Below, piece after piece: positions 13,146 through 23,540 of a stretch of 64,000 nucleotides of DNA. How positions within the stretch are numbered: the stretch's first letter is position 1; each line of letters opens with the position of its first letter. The translations under genes and the position numbers were made by a program. The stretch comes from Methanotrichaceae archaeon (GTDB lineage: Archaea; Halobacteriota; Methanosarcinia; Methanotrichales; Methanotrichaceae), in NCBI GenBank assembly GCA_963803145.1, contig CAWDLW010000008.1, positions 256,001 through 320,000 on the forward strand, in the 5' to 3' direction. The notes under the pieces are model-generated. The model ran no database searches, was not told the DNA's origin, and saw nothing but the letters and a program-made list of their open reading frames with translations.

Positions 13146-14384
13146 ATGGACCTAGGGGATCGGGTATCTGTAGAGAAGGGCGGCATGGCCTACGAAGGCG
13201 TACTTATGCCGTCGCGTCGCAAGGATCACATAGTTATAAAGCTGGATAATGGCTATAACATCGGGCTCCGAGTGCCTGAATCGGATTTGAAGCTGGTTGA
13301 GAAGGGGCATGAACTTAAAGTACCACCGCTGCCGCCACTGTGCGCCAGAGAAGGACTGCCCCAGGTCTCTATTTTGTCCACAGGAGGGACCATCGCCAGC
13401 AAAGTTGATTATAGAACTGGAGCTGTGACGAGCCAGTTTTCCGCTGGCGAAATCGCAGCAGCGATCCCTGAGCTTGGGGAGATTGCCAACTACAATGCAC
13501 GCATAATCTATCAGATATTGAGCGAGAACATGCGTGCAGATTACTGGATGGAACTTGCAAGAGCCGTTGCCGAAGAGATCCGCGGCGGAGCCGAGGGCGT
13601 GATAATAACTCATGGAACTGACACCATGATGTATACTGCTGCGGCTCTATCATTCATGCTTCATACACCAGTTCCCGTTGTTATAGTAGGATCTCAGAGA
13701 AGCTCGGACCGACCAAGCAGCGATGCGAGCATGAACGCCATATGTGCAGCTACAGTCGCCATTAGCGATATAGCTGAGGTATGCGTTGTGATGCATGGCA
13801 CTCCAAGTGATAGCTATTGTTCGATTCACCGAGGTACCCGCGTTAGGAAGATGCATACCTCCAGGAGAGATGCTTTCGGAAGCATTAACCAGCATCCGAT
13901 TGGAAAAGTGGACTATCTTACCAGAGGCATAGAGACGTTCATACCCTACCGCCGCCGAAATGAGATAGCGCTGGAGGTCATGGATAAGCTTGAGCCGAGG
14001 TGCGCACTTGTAAAGTACACGCCAGGAGCGTCATCTGATATCATGGGTTACTATATCGATAAGAACTATAAGGGCATCGTTATTGAAGGCACAGGACTTG
14101 GGCACGTGGCCTCGAACTGGATAGAATCAATCAAGCGTGCCACTGATGCTGGCATACCCGTTGTAATAACATCTCAATGCCTCAGAGGCAGGATCTGTGA
14201 CCGCGTTTACGATACAGGACGCTATATGCTTGATGCAGGCGCAATTGAGGGCGAAGATATGCTGCCCGAGGTGGCTCTCGTGAAGATGATGTGGGTTCTG
14301 GCAAATCACCCGACAGAAGTTGAATCATTGATGAGAACGCCCATTGCTGGCGAGATCTCTCCGTCCACGCTTATGACCGTTTGA
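13146..14384 (+). CDS. gatD: Glu-tRNA(Gln) amidotransferase subunit D
   Basis: [43 protein letters not shown]. Confidence 0.95.
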   Translation: MDLGDRVSVEKGGMAYEGVLMPSRRKDHIVIKLDNGYNIGLRVPESDLKLVEKGHELKVPPLPPLCAREGLPQVSILSTGGTIASKVDYRTGAVTSQFSAGEIAAAIPELGEIANYNARIIYQILSENMRADYWMELARAVAEEIRGGAEGVIITHGTDTMMYTAAALSFMLHTPVPVVIVGSQRSSDRPSSDASMNAICAATVAISDIAEVCVVMHGTPSDSYCSIHRGTRVRKMHTSRRDAFGSINQHPIGKVDYLTRGIETFIPYRRRNEIALEVMDKLEPRCALVKYTPGASSDIMGYYIDKNYKGIVIEGTGLGHVASNWIESIKRATDAGIPVVITSQCLRGRICDRVYDTGRYMLDAGAIEGEDMLPEVALVKMMWVLANHPTEVESLMRTPIAGEISPSTLMTV

Positions 14385-14498
14385 GTGCGGTATCTAATAA
14401 AAAAATGGCCCATTAGGAGCTTATGGGAACGATCGAGGCCAAGCCTTATAAACTAGTTGAATAGAGCACTAATCTCAGGATTATTGGAGGAATTCGTT

Positions 14499-15011
14499 TT
14501 GACACGTAAGCCAGGAAGCATGTACAGAAAGATCGAGCGCCCCTACACACGCAGAGAGTATATGGGCGGCGTTCCAGGAAGCAAAGTAGTTCATTACGAT
14601 ATGGGAAACCTGCAGGAAACCTTCTCCATCAACCTCACTCTTGTGGCCAGAGAGCCATGCCAAATCAGGCATACATCTCTTGAGGCGGCAAGGGTTGCAG
14701 CTAACCGTTTCCTGCTGAAGCAGGCAGGCAGGACCAACTTCCATCTGAAGCTCAGAGTCTATCCGCATCATGTCATAAGAGAGAACAAGCAGGCGACAGG
14801 TGCAGGTGCGGACCGAGTCTCAAGTGGAATGAGGCGCGCCTTCGGCAAGGCCGTGGGGACTGCGGCTCAGGTGCAGGCAGGTCAGAAGATATTCACCCTT
14901 GGAGTCACACCAGAATTTCTGAACGATGCCAAGACCGCATTGAAGAGAGCAGGGCACAAGCTCCCGACCCCGATTCAAATCATCACTGAATCAGGCAATG
15001 GGCTCTCCTAA
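14499..15011 (+). CDS. rpl10e: 50S ribosomal protein uL16 (L10e)
   Basis: [37 protein letters not shown]; TTG start after GGAGG. Confidence 0.95.
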   Translation: MTRKPGSMYRKIERPYTRREYMGGVPGSKVVHYDMGNLQETFSINLTLVAREPCQIRHTSLEAARVAANRFLLKQAGRTNFHLKLRVYPHHVIRENKQATGAGADRVSSGMRRAFGKAVGTAAQVQAGQKIFTLGVTPEFLNDAKTALKRAGHKLPTPIQIITESGNGLS

Positions 15012-15021
15012 GGTAATCTAG

Positions 15022-15651
15022 ATGGATGATTACATCTCAGGCCTAGAGCGGGCAATGAAGAAGATGCCCGCCACGCAGGGCACCAAGGAACGGTTTGTAT
15101 TGCCTTCCCCCAAGGTATTCTATGAGGGCAAGACAACAGTCCTTGAGAACTTCGGTGCAATAGCTGATACACTGAACAGAGATCCAGACCACTTGATGAA
15201 ATATCTCCTTCAAGAGCTCGGAACTGCTGGCAAGATCGAGGGCGGACGTGGCATCTTCCAGGGAAAGTTCGGCGAGCAGGCCATAGCCAGACAGATTGAG
15301 TCCTACTTCGAGGAATACGTAGTCTGCACTGAATGCAGGCTGCCCGATACTCACCTTACCAAGAACGATCGCATTCTGATGCTGAAGTGCGATGCATGCG
15401 GCGCACATCGGCCGGTTCGGAGAAGAAAGGCTGCAACAACGATTCAGAAGGAAATGATTGAAGAGGGCGAGACCTATGAGCTACGCGTTGAATCTGTCGG
15501 CAATAAGGGCGACGGCATAGCCAAGGTGGACAAGTACCTTATCTTCATCCCCAGCACTGTTAAAGGCGAGGTTGTAAGGGCCAAGATCAAGAAGGTCAGC
15601 GGTACCTTGGCCTTTGCGGAGGTCGTGGAGAGAAAGAGCAAGGCCCCTTAA
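15022..15651 (+). CDS. eif2b: Translation initiation factor aIF-2 beta with C-terminal TRAM domain
   Basis: [41 protein letters not shown]. Confidence 0.95.
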   Translation: MDDYISGLERAMKKMPATQGTKERFVLPSPKVFYEGKTTVLENFGAIADTLNRDPDHLMKYLLQELGTAGKIEGGRGIFQGKFGEQAIARQIESYFEEYVVCTECRLPDTHLTKNDRILMLKCDACGAHRPVRRRKAATTIQKEMIEEGETYELRVESVGNKGDGIAKVDKYLIFIPSTVKGEVVRAKIKKVSGTLAFAEVVERKSKAP

Positions 15652-15744
15652 AACCTTCTGAAGACATCACTTGATCACATAGAATTGCATTGTTGGTATA
15701 GGGCAGGCCACAGGTAGGCACTAGGCACTAAGCTTGAGGAAGAG

Positions 15745-15978
15745 ATGGATGAGAAGATCTCGTTGACCTTTACGGAGAAGCACCAGTATCAGCTTGAGTT
15801 CTATCCACCAAATTTTTGGAGACATTTTGCAGAGGGTTATGATGCTCTGCCCTGGTCTGAGATAAGCGATAATCGAGTGGCTGTGACTGCCGAGAGTTAC
15901 TCATATCTTTTAGATATGCTGGTGCAGGCAAGGCTCTATTACCTCAGCACTATGCCTGTGGATGAGCGGTTCAAGTGA
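15745..15978 (+). CDS. Small hypothetical protein
   Basis: 77-aa ORF with GAGG upstream, co-directional with its neighbours. Confidence 0.6.
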   Translation: MDEKISLTFTEKHQYQLEFYPPNFWRHFAEGYDALPWSEISDNRVAVTAESYSYLLDMLVQARLYYLSTMPVDERFK

Positions 15979-16011
15979 CGGCACAAGATATTGCATAAGA
16001 TGGCATAAGCT

Positions 16012-16761
16012 ATGTCGGAAACATCCTCTATAGCGCCCTCAATGCAGGGTTTCTTAATATATGGCTTACCAGTGATCAAAGAGGGCGACGACCTGGCCTC
16101 GCTTATAGAGTCCCGTTTCGAGCTTCAGGACGGAGATATCCTCTGCATTGCGAGCACTGTGGTCGCCAAATCAGAGGATCGTTTCAGAAGGCTCGAAGAC
16201 TATGAGCCGAGCCTAAGGGCGAAAAGCATAGCACAAACCATCTCCAAGGACCCAAGGTTCGTCCAGGCAGTTCTGACAGAATCTGAAGATATCCTTCTTG
16301 AATATCCTTTTCTGCTTTCCGTCACTAAGTTTGGCCACATCGGCGTAAATGCCGGAATTGATCAATCCAATGTCGGCGAAGGCAGAATATTGCTATTACC
16401 CGAAAACCCAACTGCCAGTGCCGAGATGCTAAGGAAAAAGCTCAGCAAGGATTGTGCAGTGATAATTACTGATACTTGCGGCAGGCCATTCCGTTGCGGA
16501 GTCGCAGGAACTGCAGTGGGCTGGTCCGGCATCGCGGCACTACGCGATTGGCGAGGCGAGCCGGATATTCACGGCAGAAAGCTGGAGATCACCCTTGAGG
16601 CCACTGTAGATGAGATCGCGGGGATGGCAAATATGCTTATGGGTGAGGCTAGCGATGCTACTCCTGTGGCAGTTTTTAGAGGATTAAAATACTCTCGATC
16701 AGGAGGAAGCCTATTTAGGCCCAAGGGCCTTGATGTAATTCGCCATCATCTTAAGCCCTAA
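16012..16761 (+). CDS. cofE: Coenzyme F420-0:L-glutamate ligase
   Basis: EGDDL, NAGIDQSN, DTCGRPFR. Confidence 0.9.
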   Translation: MSETSSIAPSMQGFLIYGLPVIKEGDDLASLIESRFELQDGDILCIASTVVAKSEDRFRRLEDYEPSLRAKSIAQTISKDPRFVQAVLTESEDILLEYPFLLSVTKFGHIGVNAGIDQSNVGEGRILLLPENPTASAEMLRKKLSKDCAVIITDTCGRPFRCGVAGTAVGWSGIAALRDWRGEPDIHGRKLEITLEATVDEIAGMANMLMGEASDATPVAVFRGLKYSRSGGSLFRPKGLDVIRHHLKP

Positions 16762-16799
16762 CGCAACTATTTTATCCTTAGGCCAGTAGCACCTCGCTA

Positions 16800-17456
16800 A
16801 TGCAAAGGCCAGTTCATGTCATCATTCCCTTCAAGCTGAATGGAGCAAAGTCACGTCTAGGAGCCGTCCTTTCGCCTGATGAGCGCAGGCTCTTTGCGCT
16901 GGCAATGCTTCAAGATGTCGTGAAAGCAGTATCATCTGCCGGTCCGACTACTATTCTTGCAAAACCAGGGTTTGATAAATCAGACGAGTATGGTAGTTTC
17001 AGTGTCCTTACATGCGACCTAGATCTGAACGACGCCATCAATGCAACTATTTCGCATCAGCAGAGTGAAGGCTGGCCTGAGGATATCCTGATAGTTATGG
17101 CAGATTTGGCCCTTTTAACCTCTGAGGATGTGAGGAGCATACTCCAAATGGAGGGCGATGTTGTATTTTCGCCGGGACGTGGCGGCGGCACTAACATGAT
17201 TCTGATCAGGAATCCTGTATTCAGAGCCCAGTACCGAGGGTTAAGCTTTCTGAAGCATATAGAATTTGTCAGAACTATGGGATTTAAGGCTGGAATCTAT
17301 GCCTCGTATTATGCGTGTTGCGATATTGACGAGCCGTCGGATCTTGCTGAGATTTTGATCCATGGGAAAGGCAAAAGCAGATCCTTTCTGGAATCAATAG
17401 GCATAGAGTTGTCCGAAAGGGGTCGGGCTATCATCACAAGGAAAAGCTACGAGTAA
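16800..17456 (+). CDS. cofC: 2-phospho-L-lactate guanylyltransferase
   Basis: AKSRL, MADL, PGRGGGTN, DIDEPSDL. Confidence 0.9.
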   Translation: MQRPVHVIIPFKLNGAKSRLGAVLSPDERRLFALAMLQDVVKAVSSAGPTTILAKPGFDKSDEYGSFSVLTCDLDLNDAINATISHQQSEGWPEDILIVMADLALLTSEDVRSILQMEGDVVFSPGRGGGTNMILIRNPVFRAQYRGLSFLKHIEFVRTMGFKAGIYASYYACCDIDEPSDLAEILIHGKGKSRSFLESIGIELSERGRAIITRKSYE

Positions 17457-17497
17457 TAAAATAAGAGTAAAACTAATACTAATATACTATAACAATA

Positions 17498-18001
17498 TTA
17501 GTATACGGTAACTCTTCTCACGCCTTCGATTTCCATCAGCATCCTGACAAGATCACCCGGAATTTTGCCATCGGTAATTATTGTCAGCTTTGGGTTCTCG
17601 GTGAATTGGGGATCATCCGATACGGCCTGGCGTATGCTTAAACCATATTTCGCGACAGCGCTTGCAACGTTCCCAAGAATCCCCGTCTGCGTAGCGTTTA
17701 CAGGAGTTATCTCTATTACTCCTAGGCCCAAAACTGGCGCTACCTCGCCTAGGAATATCATAGATCGAACGTTTCGAAATACCTTCCATAAGGTCTCATC
17801 TTCGCGAACTGCCATGGCTGTCGTATCCACGACCCTGCGGTCTACGCCCAGCTCCTTCGCAATCTGCGCGTGAGGTATCTCAATGTTGCCTGAAACTACT
17901 CGGCCATGCTCATTGATTTGGAACCCTCTCTGCAGAATGAGCCTGATGACCTTTTCCTGCGCTGGGAATCTTTTGAATTTGTTTAAAATCTCCTGCCACA
18001 T
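17498..18001 (-). CDS. ACT-domain regulator of amino acid metabolism
   Basis: HTH (IAKELGVDRRVV) plus ACT (SIRQAVSDDP). Confidence 0.8.
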   Translation of the reverse strand: MWQEILNKFKRFPAQEKVIRLILQRGFQINEHGRVVSGNIEIPHAQIAKELGVDRRVVDTTAMAVREDETLWKVFRNVRSMIFLGEVAPVLGLGVIEITPVNATQTGILGNVASAVAKYGLSIRQAVSDDPQFTENPKLTIITDGKIPGDLVRMLMEIEGVRRVTVY

Positions 18002-18019
18002 GATGCCTCTCTGCCGGTT

Positions 18020-19117
18020 TTAGGTGAACATCTCCTTCGGAGGCTCTTTGTAATCTTTCTTGGCTTTGGAAATTGCGTCTTCCAGGAGTTTTATGGTTAT
18101 TTTGCTGTCATCCATGATAGCGTGGTGGAGCGAAACCTTCAGCACCTTCTCCACAATGTCCCTCCCGGAAAAACCTTCAGTTTCCTTTGCTACATCTTTG
18201 AGATTGACGCCTTCCATCTCTAGAGGCAAGGTAGCTGCGTTTTTCTCGAGTATTGCCAGCCGCTCCTTTATATTTGGCAGCTTGAACTCTATCTCTTCCT
18301 CGAACCTAGAGCGAACTGAGCTATCTATAAACTCTATCTTGTTAGTGGCAGCTATGGTGCAGACTCCATTCCTTTTATGGATGCCATCCATCTCTGTGAG
18401 CAGTGAGTTGACGATTTCGGATACATCTCCACGCAGGTCCTGATAATGCCTGTCTAGGGCGATTGCATCCAGTTCGTCGATGAAAATTATACAAGGCGAG
18501 ATCTCCTCAGCCTTCTCATAAAGGCTATGTATCTGGCGGGCTCCTTCACCCACGAACTCACCTATCAGACTTGTAGCCTTCACAGGCAGCATCGGCACTT
18601 TGGCTTCTGTTGAGAGAGCCCTGGCGATCATAGTTTTACCTGTGCCTGAGAGTCCGTAGAAGAGAATATTTCTTGGCGCCCATTTTCCAAACTTCCCGGG
18701 CTCTGCAAGGAACTTTTCAATGATCTTGACCTTTCTCTTTGCTGTTTCCTGGCCAACTATATCCTCGAACCTGACATCACATTCGGCCTTCTTGGGGTCG
18801 GCCTGCCGCTCGACCTCTATCATTGTCTCTGCGCCGACAACTGAGTATGGCGGACGAACTTTGAGAACTTTGAAGGCGAAATCCGGGTAAAGCCTGCGGT
18901 CGAAGAGAAAGCATCCAGGCTTAACAGGTTCACCGTACCACTGTTCTCTGGCATATAGCTCAAAGAGCTTGGCATCGGATACAACAGGGTACTCTTGAAA
19001 TACACTCTTCAGGGGATATCCAGCAGGCCGAAGAAGAATATATTTCGCGCCTGTTGCTTTATTCCTTTCAAGCTTGCTCCCTTGTACCTTTGTTCCGCTT
19101 TTCTGGACAGATCGCAC
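18020..19117 (-). CDS. Archaeal AAA ATPase (COG1223-like)
   Basis: YAREQW, PDFAFKV, GKWAPRNILFYGLSGTGKT, SRFEEEIEF. Confidence 0.85.
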   Translation of the reverse strand: MRSVQKSGTKVQGSKLERNKATGAKYILLRPAGYPLKSVFQEYPVVSDAKLFELYAREQWYGEPVKPGCFLFDRRLYPDFAFKVLKVRPPYSVVGAETMIEVERQADPKKAECDVRFEDIVGQETAKRKVKIIEKFLAEPGKFGKWAPRNILFYGLSGTGKTMIARALSTEAKVPMLPVKATSLIGEFVGEGARQIHSLYEKAEEISPCIIFIDELDAIALDRHYQDLRGDVSEIVNSLLTEMDGIHKRNGVCTIAATNKIEFIDSSVRSRFEEEIEFKLPNIKERLAILEKNAATLPLEMEGVNLKDVAKETEGFSGRDIVEKVLKVSLHHAIMDDSKITIKLLEDAISKAKKDYKEPPKEMFT

Positions 19118-19250
19118 GTAAAAATGGTCTCTTTCCGAGAAGTTAAATGTATTGGCTTTGGATACAATGGATATACTTCGGCAGAGTTGACGTTCCGATA
19201 GTGATTAATATTACCTATTACAAGCTTGATCCAAGCATAGGAGGATCATT

Positions 19251-19343
19251 ATGGGAAATGATGCTGTGGCGATAGTTCTGATGGTTATAGGGTTTATAAT
19301 AACGTTCATGGTTCCGATATTTTTCCTATCTACAATGTTCTGA
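19251..19343 (+). CDS. 30-aa single-pass membrane microprotein (not in ORF track)
   Basis: GGAGG-atcatt-ATG; MGNDAVAIVLMVIGFIITFMVPIFFLSTMF. Confidence 0.55.
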   Translation: MGNDAVAIVLMVIGFIITFMVPIFFLSTMF

Positions 19344-19447
19344 GCTGTCGATAGGAAAGCTATCTCTAAAAGCTATTTTTTGCACTGTCAATTGGATTAA
19401 TATACTTTAAATTATCATTGCTAGCTGTTATTGCTTTTTATGGTATA

Positions 19448-19924
19448 TTACAGCTGCGCCTCTTTTTTTATGAGTTCGGCGTTCATCACTATACCCTTGC
19501 AGGTATGCAAATTCATTGAAAGCAGCATGCCGACAACTTTGCCGTCCTGTACGACAGGTGTTCCGCTGTCCCCGGGCCCTGGCAGGTTTCTGGGCTGAAG
19601 TGCAACGTAGGCGATAGACCAGGACACATCGGTTACTCTGCAACCCATGCTGTCCCTTGCATTCACGAGCATTGCATCTCCAAAATGGGGCTTGCCAATC
19701 TGTGAGGGCTCGCAGGCACTTAGCACGGGAAATAATGCAAGGTCTATATCACTGGCGAAATGTGCCACTCGCGTTTGCTGGTTTCCGATCCTCAAAATAT
19801 CAGTTCCAGAATACTGGAATATATGTGCTGGTGTGGCTCCGACGTAGGCTTTTCCCCATGGAACAAAGGCGCATACTACTCCTCCGGTGTTACCTGATAG
19901 GAAGAAATCGCCTGCTTTGAGCAT
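19448..19924 (-). CDS. Small trypsin-like serine protease
   Basis: TPAH, DIDLA and GDSGTPV triad motifs. Confidence 0.65.
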   Translation of the reverse strand: MLKAGDFFLSGNTGGVVCAFVPWGKAYVGATPAHIFQYSGTDILRIGNQQTRVAHFASDIDLALFPVLSACEPSQIGKPHFGDAMLVNARDSMGCRVTDVSWSIAYVALQPRNLPGPGDSGTPVVQDGKVVGMLLSMNLHTCKGIVMNAELIKKEAQL

Positions 19925-20004
19925 GTTTTAATGAATGCCCTGCCAGATAATTAGGTTTCTGCTCATTTAGCCAAAGCTTTTATCCTTTCTAGAGCATTTT
20001 CATA

Positions 20005-20487
20005 ATGTTGTTGAACACTGATACCAAAGAGGAGCACCTAATTGGCGTCATATCGGACACACACGGCCTGATTCGGCGTGAAGCCCTTGAAAGGCTTGAA
20101 GGCTCTGAGATGATAATTCATGCAGGCGATATAGGAGGGCCAGAGGTTCTTGAAGTCTTTAAAGTCGTGGCCCCTGTTGTGGCTGTCAGTGGGAACAATG
20201 ATCATGGGAGTTGGGCCCGCAGGCTGCCAAAAGTGAAAGTCGTTGAGTTTGAAGGCTCTCGGATTGCAGTTGTTCACATCCTTAGAGATCTAAAACTGGA
20301 TGTAACAAGCCTGGATTGCATAATCAGCGGCCATTCGCATAGGGCATCTGTAAAGAGATGGAATGGAGTGCTCTATCTGAACCCTGGGACTGCTGGGCCA
20401 AGGAGGTTCGGGCAGCCTGCGACCATTGCTCTTCTGCGAATTCAGGGGCATGAGCTGAACGCAGAGTTAATAAAACTTGTGACATAA
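20005..20487 (+). CDS. YfcE/MJ0936 metallophosphoesterase
   Basis: SDTHG, HAGD, GNND, GHSH, NPG. Confidence 0.9.
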   Translation: MLLNTDTKEEHLIGVISDTHGLIRREALERLEGSEMIIHAGDIGGPEVLEVFKVVAPVVAVSGNNDHGSWARRLPKVKVVEFEGSRIAVVHILRDLKLDVTSLDCIISGHSHRASVKRWNGVLYLNPGTAGPRRFGQPATIALLRIQGHELNAELIKLVT

Positions 20488-20520
20488 AGATTTTTATCTT
20501 CGCTTGACGATTCCAAAGCT

Positions 20521-21420
20521 ATGCCATCCCTAACAGTTGATGCAGGCGGCCTGACACTGCAAAACCCTGTCATCCTTGCAGCGGGAATCCTTGGCACAAC
20601 CGGTGCATCCCTGCGACGTGCAGCCCTGGCAGGCGCAGGCTGTGTGGTCACTAAGTCATTGGGCTCTGAGCCCAGATCAGGACATCCGGGCCCCACAATC
20701 GTTCAAGTTGAGTGCGGTCTCTTAAATGCAATGGGGCTGCCCAATCCTTCTTATAAGGTCTTTCAGGATGAGATCGATTTTGCGAAGAAAAGCGGCACGC
20801 CTGTCGTTGCAAGCATCTTTGGATCAAGCGCCGAGGAGTTTGCAAGAATCTCCAGGGGTCTTAGGGCAGATGCCTTCGAGCTGAATCTATCGTGTCCGCA
20901 TGCTGAAAGGTATGGATCTGAGCTCGGGCGCTATCCTGATCTAGTAGAGGCGGTCACGGGAGCGGTCAAGGCATCAGTGGACGTGCCTGTCTGGGTCAAG
21001 CTGACACCGAATACGGCCGATATAGTAGAGCTCGGATTGGCAGCGCAGAGAGGCGGCGCAGATGCAGTTGTGGCAATCAATACTCTCAAGGCAATGGCTA
21101 TCGATATTGAGACTGGTTATCCAATTTTGGGCAACAAATTCGGAGGCTTATCAGGCGCTGCTACCAAGCCCGTGGCAGTCAGGTGCGTCTTCGAGCTCTC
21201 TACACAGCTGGAGATCCCTGTGATCGGAGTTGGCGGTGTGAGCACCTGGGAAGATGCAGTGGAGATGATCATGGCTGGTGCCTGCGCTGTTCAGGTAGGA
21301 ACTGCTCTTCAAAGAGGTTATGAGGTTTTCAAAGAGATAACGGAAGGATTGTCCGGCTATCTTGAAAGGAAGAAAATGACTTTGGAAGAGCTAAAGGGCA
21401 TAGCCGGGAGGCGATCATGA
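20521..21420 (+). CDS. pyrD: Dihydroorotate dehydrogenase B, catalytic subunit
   Basis: NAMGLPNP, ELNLSCPH, KLTPN, AINT, GGLSG. Confidence 0.95.
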   Translation: MPSLTVDAGGLTLQNPVILAAGILGTTGASLRRAALAGAGCVVTKSLGSEPRSGHPGPTIVQVECGLLNAMGLPNPSYKVFQDEIDFAKKSGTPVVASIFGSSAEEFARISRGLRADAFELNLSCPHAERYGSELGRYPDLVEAVTGAVKASVDVPVWVKLTPNTADIVELGLAAQRGGADAVVAINTLKAMAIDIETGYPILGNKFGGLSGAATKPVAVRCVFELSTQLEIPVIGVGGVSTWEDAVEMIMAGACAVQVGTALQRGYEVFKEITEGLSGYLERKKMTLEELKGIAGRRS

Positions 21421-22187
21421 GGCCGATTAATGCTACCGTCATCTCTGTTGAGAATGAGACCCCGATTATTAAAACCATAAAGTTTGATAAATTCATTGGC
21501 CCAATTCCGGGCCAGTATGCAATGGTATGGATTCGAGGGATGGATGAGATTCCTATGAGCTTCTCCGATCCTGAGAAGATAACAGTTCATGCCGTTGGCG
21601 AGGCGACAAGGGCTTTGATCGGCCTCCAGCCCGGAGATAGCTTCGGCCTGAGAGGACCGCTTGGGAGCGGCTTTAGCCTTATTGGTAAGAATATTTTGCT
21701 CATTGGCGGAGGCGTTGGCGTAGCGCCGCTGGCGTTTTTGGGTGAGCGGGCAAAGAGAGCTGGCATAGAGGTAACATCGCTGATAGGTTTCAGGTCTTCT
21801 GAGGATATGATCTTCGGGAACAGATTCAAGAGTATTGGGAATTCAATTATTACTACAGATGATGGCTCACTGGGGATTCCCGGCCACGTTGCAGCAGGTC
21901 TAAACGAGCTGAGCTTGGATGAGTTCAGCCAGATCTATCTCTGTGGCCCTGAGCTAATGATGTGGGATATAATCTCGAGAACTAAGGAGTATGCTGGAAA
22001 GACTCAAGCATGCATCAACAGGCACTTCAAATGCGCCGTCGGAGTCTGTGGGTCATGCTGCCTTGATCCAGAGGGAATCAGGGTATGTGTCGAGGGGCCT
22101 GTGATCATGGCTGATAGACTTTTGAACAGTGAATTTGGCAGGTATAGACGAGGGCCTGACGGCGGCATTGGGCCATGCAAGGGATGA
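21417..22187 (+). CDS. pyrK: Dihydroorotate dehydrogenase electron transfer subunit
   Basis: RGPLG, GGGVGVAPL, CGPE, CAVGVCGSC..CVEGP. Confidence 0.9.
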   Translation: MRPINATVISVENETPIIKTIKFDKFIGPIPGQYAMVWIRGMDEIPMSFSDPEKITVHAVGEATRALIGLQPGDSFGLRGPLGSGFSLIGKNILLIGGGVGVAPLAFLGERAKRAGIEVTSLIGFRSSEDMIFGNRFKSIGNSIITTDDGSLGIPGHVAAGLNELSLDEFSQIYLCGPELMMWDIISRTKEYAGKTQACINRHFKCAVGVCGSCCLDPEGIRVCVEGPVIMADRLLNSEFGRYRRGPDGGIGPCKG

Positions 22188-22193
22188 TTAGCA

Positions 22194-22919
22194 GTGATAG
22201 TAAGATTTAGATTAGACGGAAAAGTTTGCGGTGGATCTCTGAGCGGAGAGCGGATTGTCTCAGGCGGCGAGATATACAACCTTCAGGATGTAGAGCTGCT
22301 TGCGCCTTCTTCGCCTAGCAAAGTCGTTTGCATTGGGCTCAACTATAGAGAGCACGCAAATGAGCTCAATATGAAGCTTCCCGACGAGCCGATAATATTT
22401 CTCAAACCGCCATCAGCGGTTCTTGATCCGGGGAAGGATATCATCTATCCCAAATCCAGCAGTCAAGTAGATTATGAGGGCGAACTTGGCGTGGTGATCG
22501 GGAAGAGGTGTAAGAACGCCAAGGCAGAGGATTATGCTGAATACATTTTAGGTTATACTTGCTTCAATGATGTTACAGCACGCGATCTGCAGAAAAAGGA
22601 TGGCCAGTGGACACGTGCGAAAAGCTTCGATACCTTTGCGCCCTTCGGCCCATGGATCGCTGAGATTGATCCCTTAGACGCAAAAATTCAGACGCGCGTC
22701 AATGGAAGCGTTAAGCAGAAATCAAACACGTCCGATTTGATCTTTAATGTGCCAAAGCTGATCGAGTTCATCAGCGGAATCATGACGCTGCAGCCTGGAG
22801 ATGTTATTGCTACAGGAACCCCGCCAGGGGTCGGACCACTTCAAAAGGGTGATGTGGTTGAGGTGGAGATAGAGGGAATAGGAGTTTTGAAAAATTCTGT
22901 TGCTCTTGTTGCTCTTTGA
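22194..22919 (+). CDS. Fumarylacetoacetate hydrolase family protein
   Basis: CIGLNY, DYEGEL, NDVTARD, KSFDT, TGTPPGV. Confidence 0.9.
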   Translation: MIVRFRLDGKVCGGSLSGERIVSGGEIYNLQDVELLAPSSPSKVVCIGLNYREHANELNMKLPDEPIIFLKPPSAVLDPGKDIIYPKSSSQVDYEGELGVVIGKRCKNAKAEDYAEYILGYTCFNDVTARDLQKKDGQWTRAKSFDTFAPFGPWIAEIDPLDAKIQTRVNGSVKQKSNTSDLIFNVPKLIEFISGIMTLQPGDVIATGTPPGVGPLQKGDVVEVEIEGIGVLKNSVALVAL

Positions 22920-23068
22920 TTGCTTTCTTTTTCTATAGTTTTCAGATCGCTTCGAAATATCCATCGCTTCTATTTCCTGCCCTATGGACTATTATCAGCT
23001 CTCCAATCAGCTCTCCAAATTTGTAATACTTTGATATACAAGTAATACTATTACGGTTTTGGTGGTTA

Positions 23069-23296
23069 ATTATCACTACATCTGTTTCCATAAGAATCCC
23101 AGATGATCTAGCACGTAGCTTAGAAAACCTTGCTAAAACGATAGAGCGTCCCAAAACCTACATAATTCGAAAGGCTATTGAGGAATATCTGGAGGAGTAT
23201 GCGGATTACCTGATAGCTCTGGAGAGGTTAAATGATAAGAATGACAGGATAGTCTCTAGCGATGAGATGAGGGACCTCCTTGGCATACAGGATTGA
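23069..23296 (+). CDS. RelB-like ribbon-helix-helix antitoxin (not in ORF track; only ATT/ATC start available)
   Basis: TTSVSIRIPDDLARSLENLAKTIERPKTYIIRKAIEEYLEEYADYLIALERL..; GGTGG SD at 23061; overlaps the relE start. Confidence 0.75.
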   Translation: MITTSVSIRIPDDLARSLENLAKTIERPKTYIIRKAIEEYLEEYADYLIALERLNDKNDRIVSSDEMRDLLGIQD

Positions 23297-23540
23297 ATGT
23301 GACTTCCTCCCTTTCCCCTAAAGGGGAAGGGCTTCCTGCTTCAACGATTGGCTATTGCCATATCTCGACAGGCTCACCCCCTCAGTCCGAGGGTGCGGTT
23401 CCCGTTCTTAGAACGGTTAAGGTCGTCACTCAGCGTTCCAGGTTTTACATATAGGGCTTCCCTATACAACCAGATACCGTGAGTTCAGAGCAACTCTGCA
23501 AAGTAGCATTTTCAGCTTCCAGCGCAGACTTGACCTGATT
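23279..23540 (-). ncRNA. Putative TnpB-type omega/reRNA scaffold plus flank-derived guide
   Basis: TATA-like ctatatattt near 23560 on the minus strand, several perfect hairpins, 3' end resembling IS605 right-end RNA (GAAGCAGGAAGCCC..GGAAGTCAC). Confidence 0.5.
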
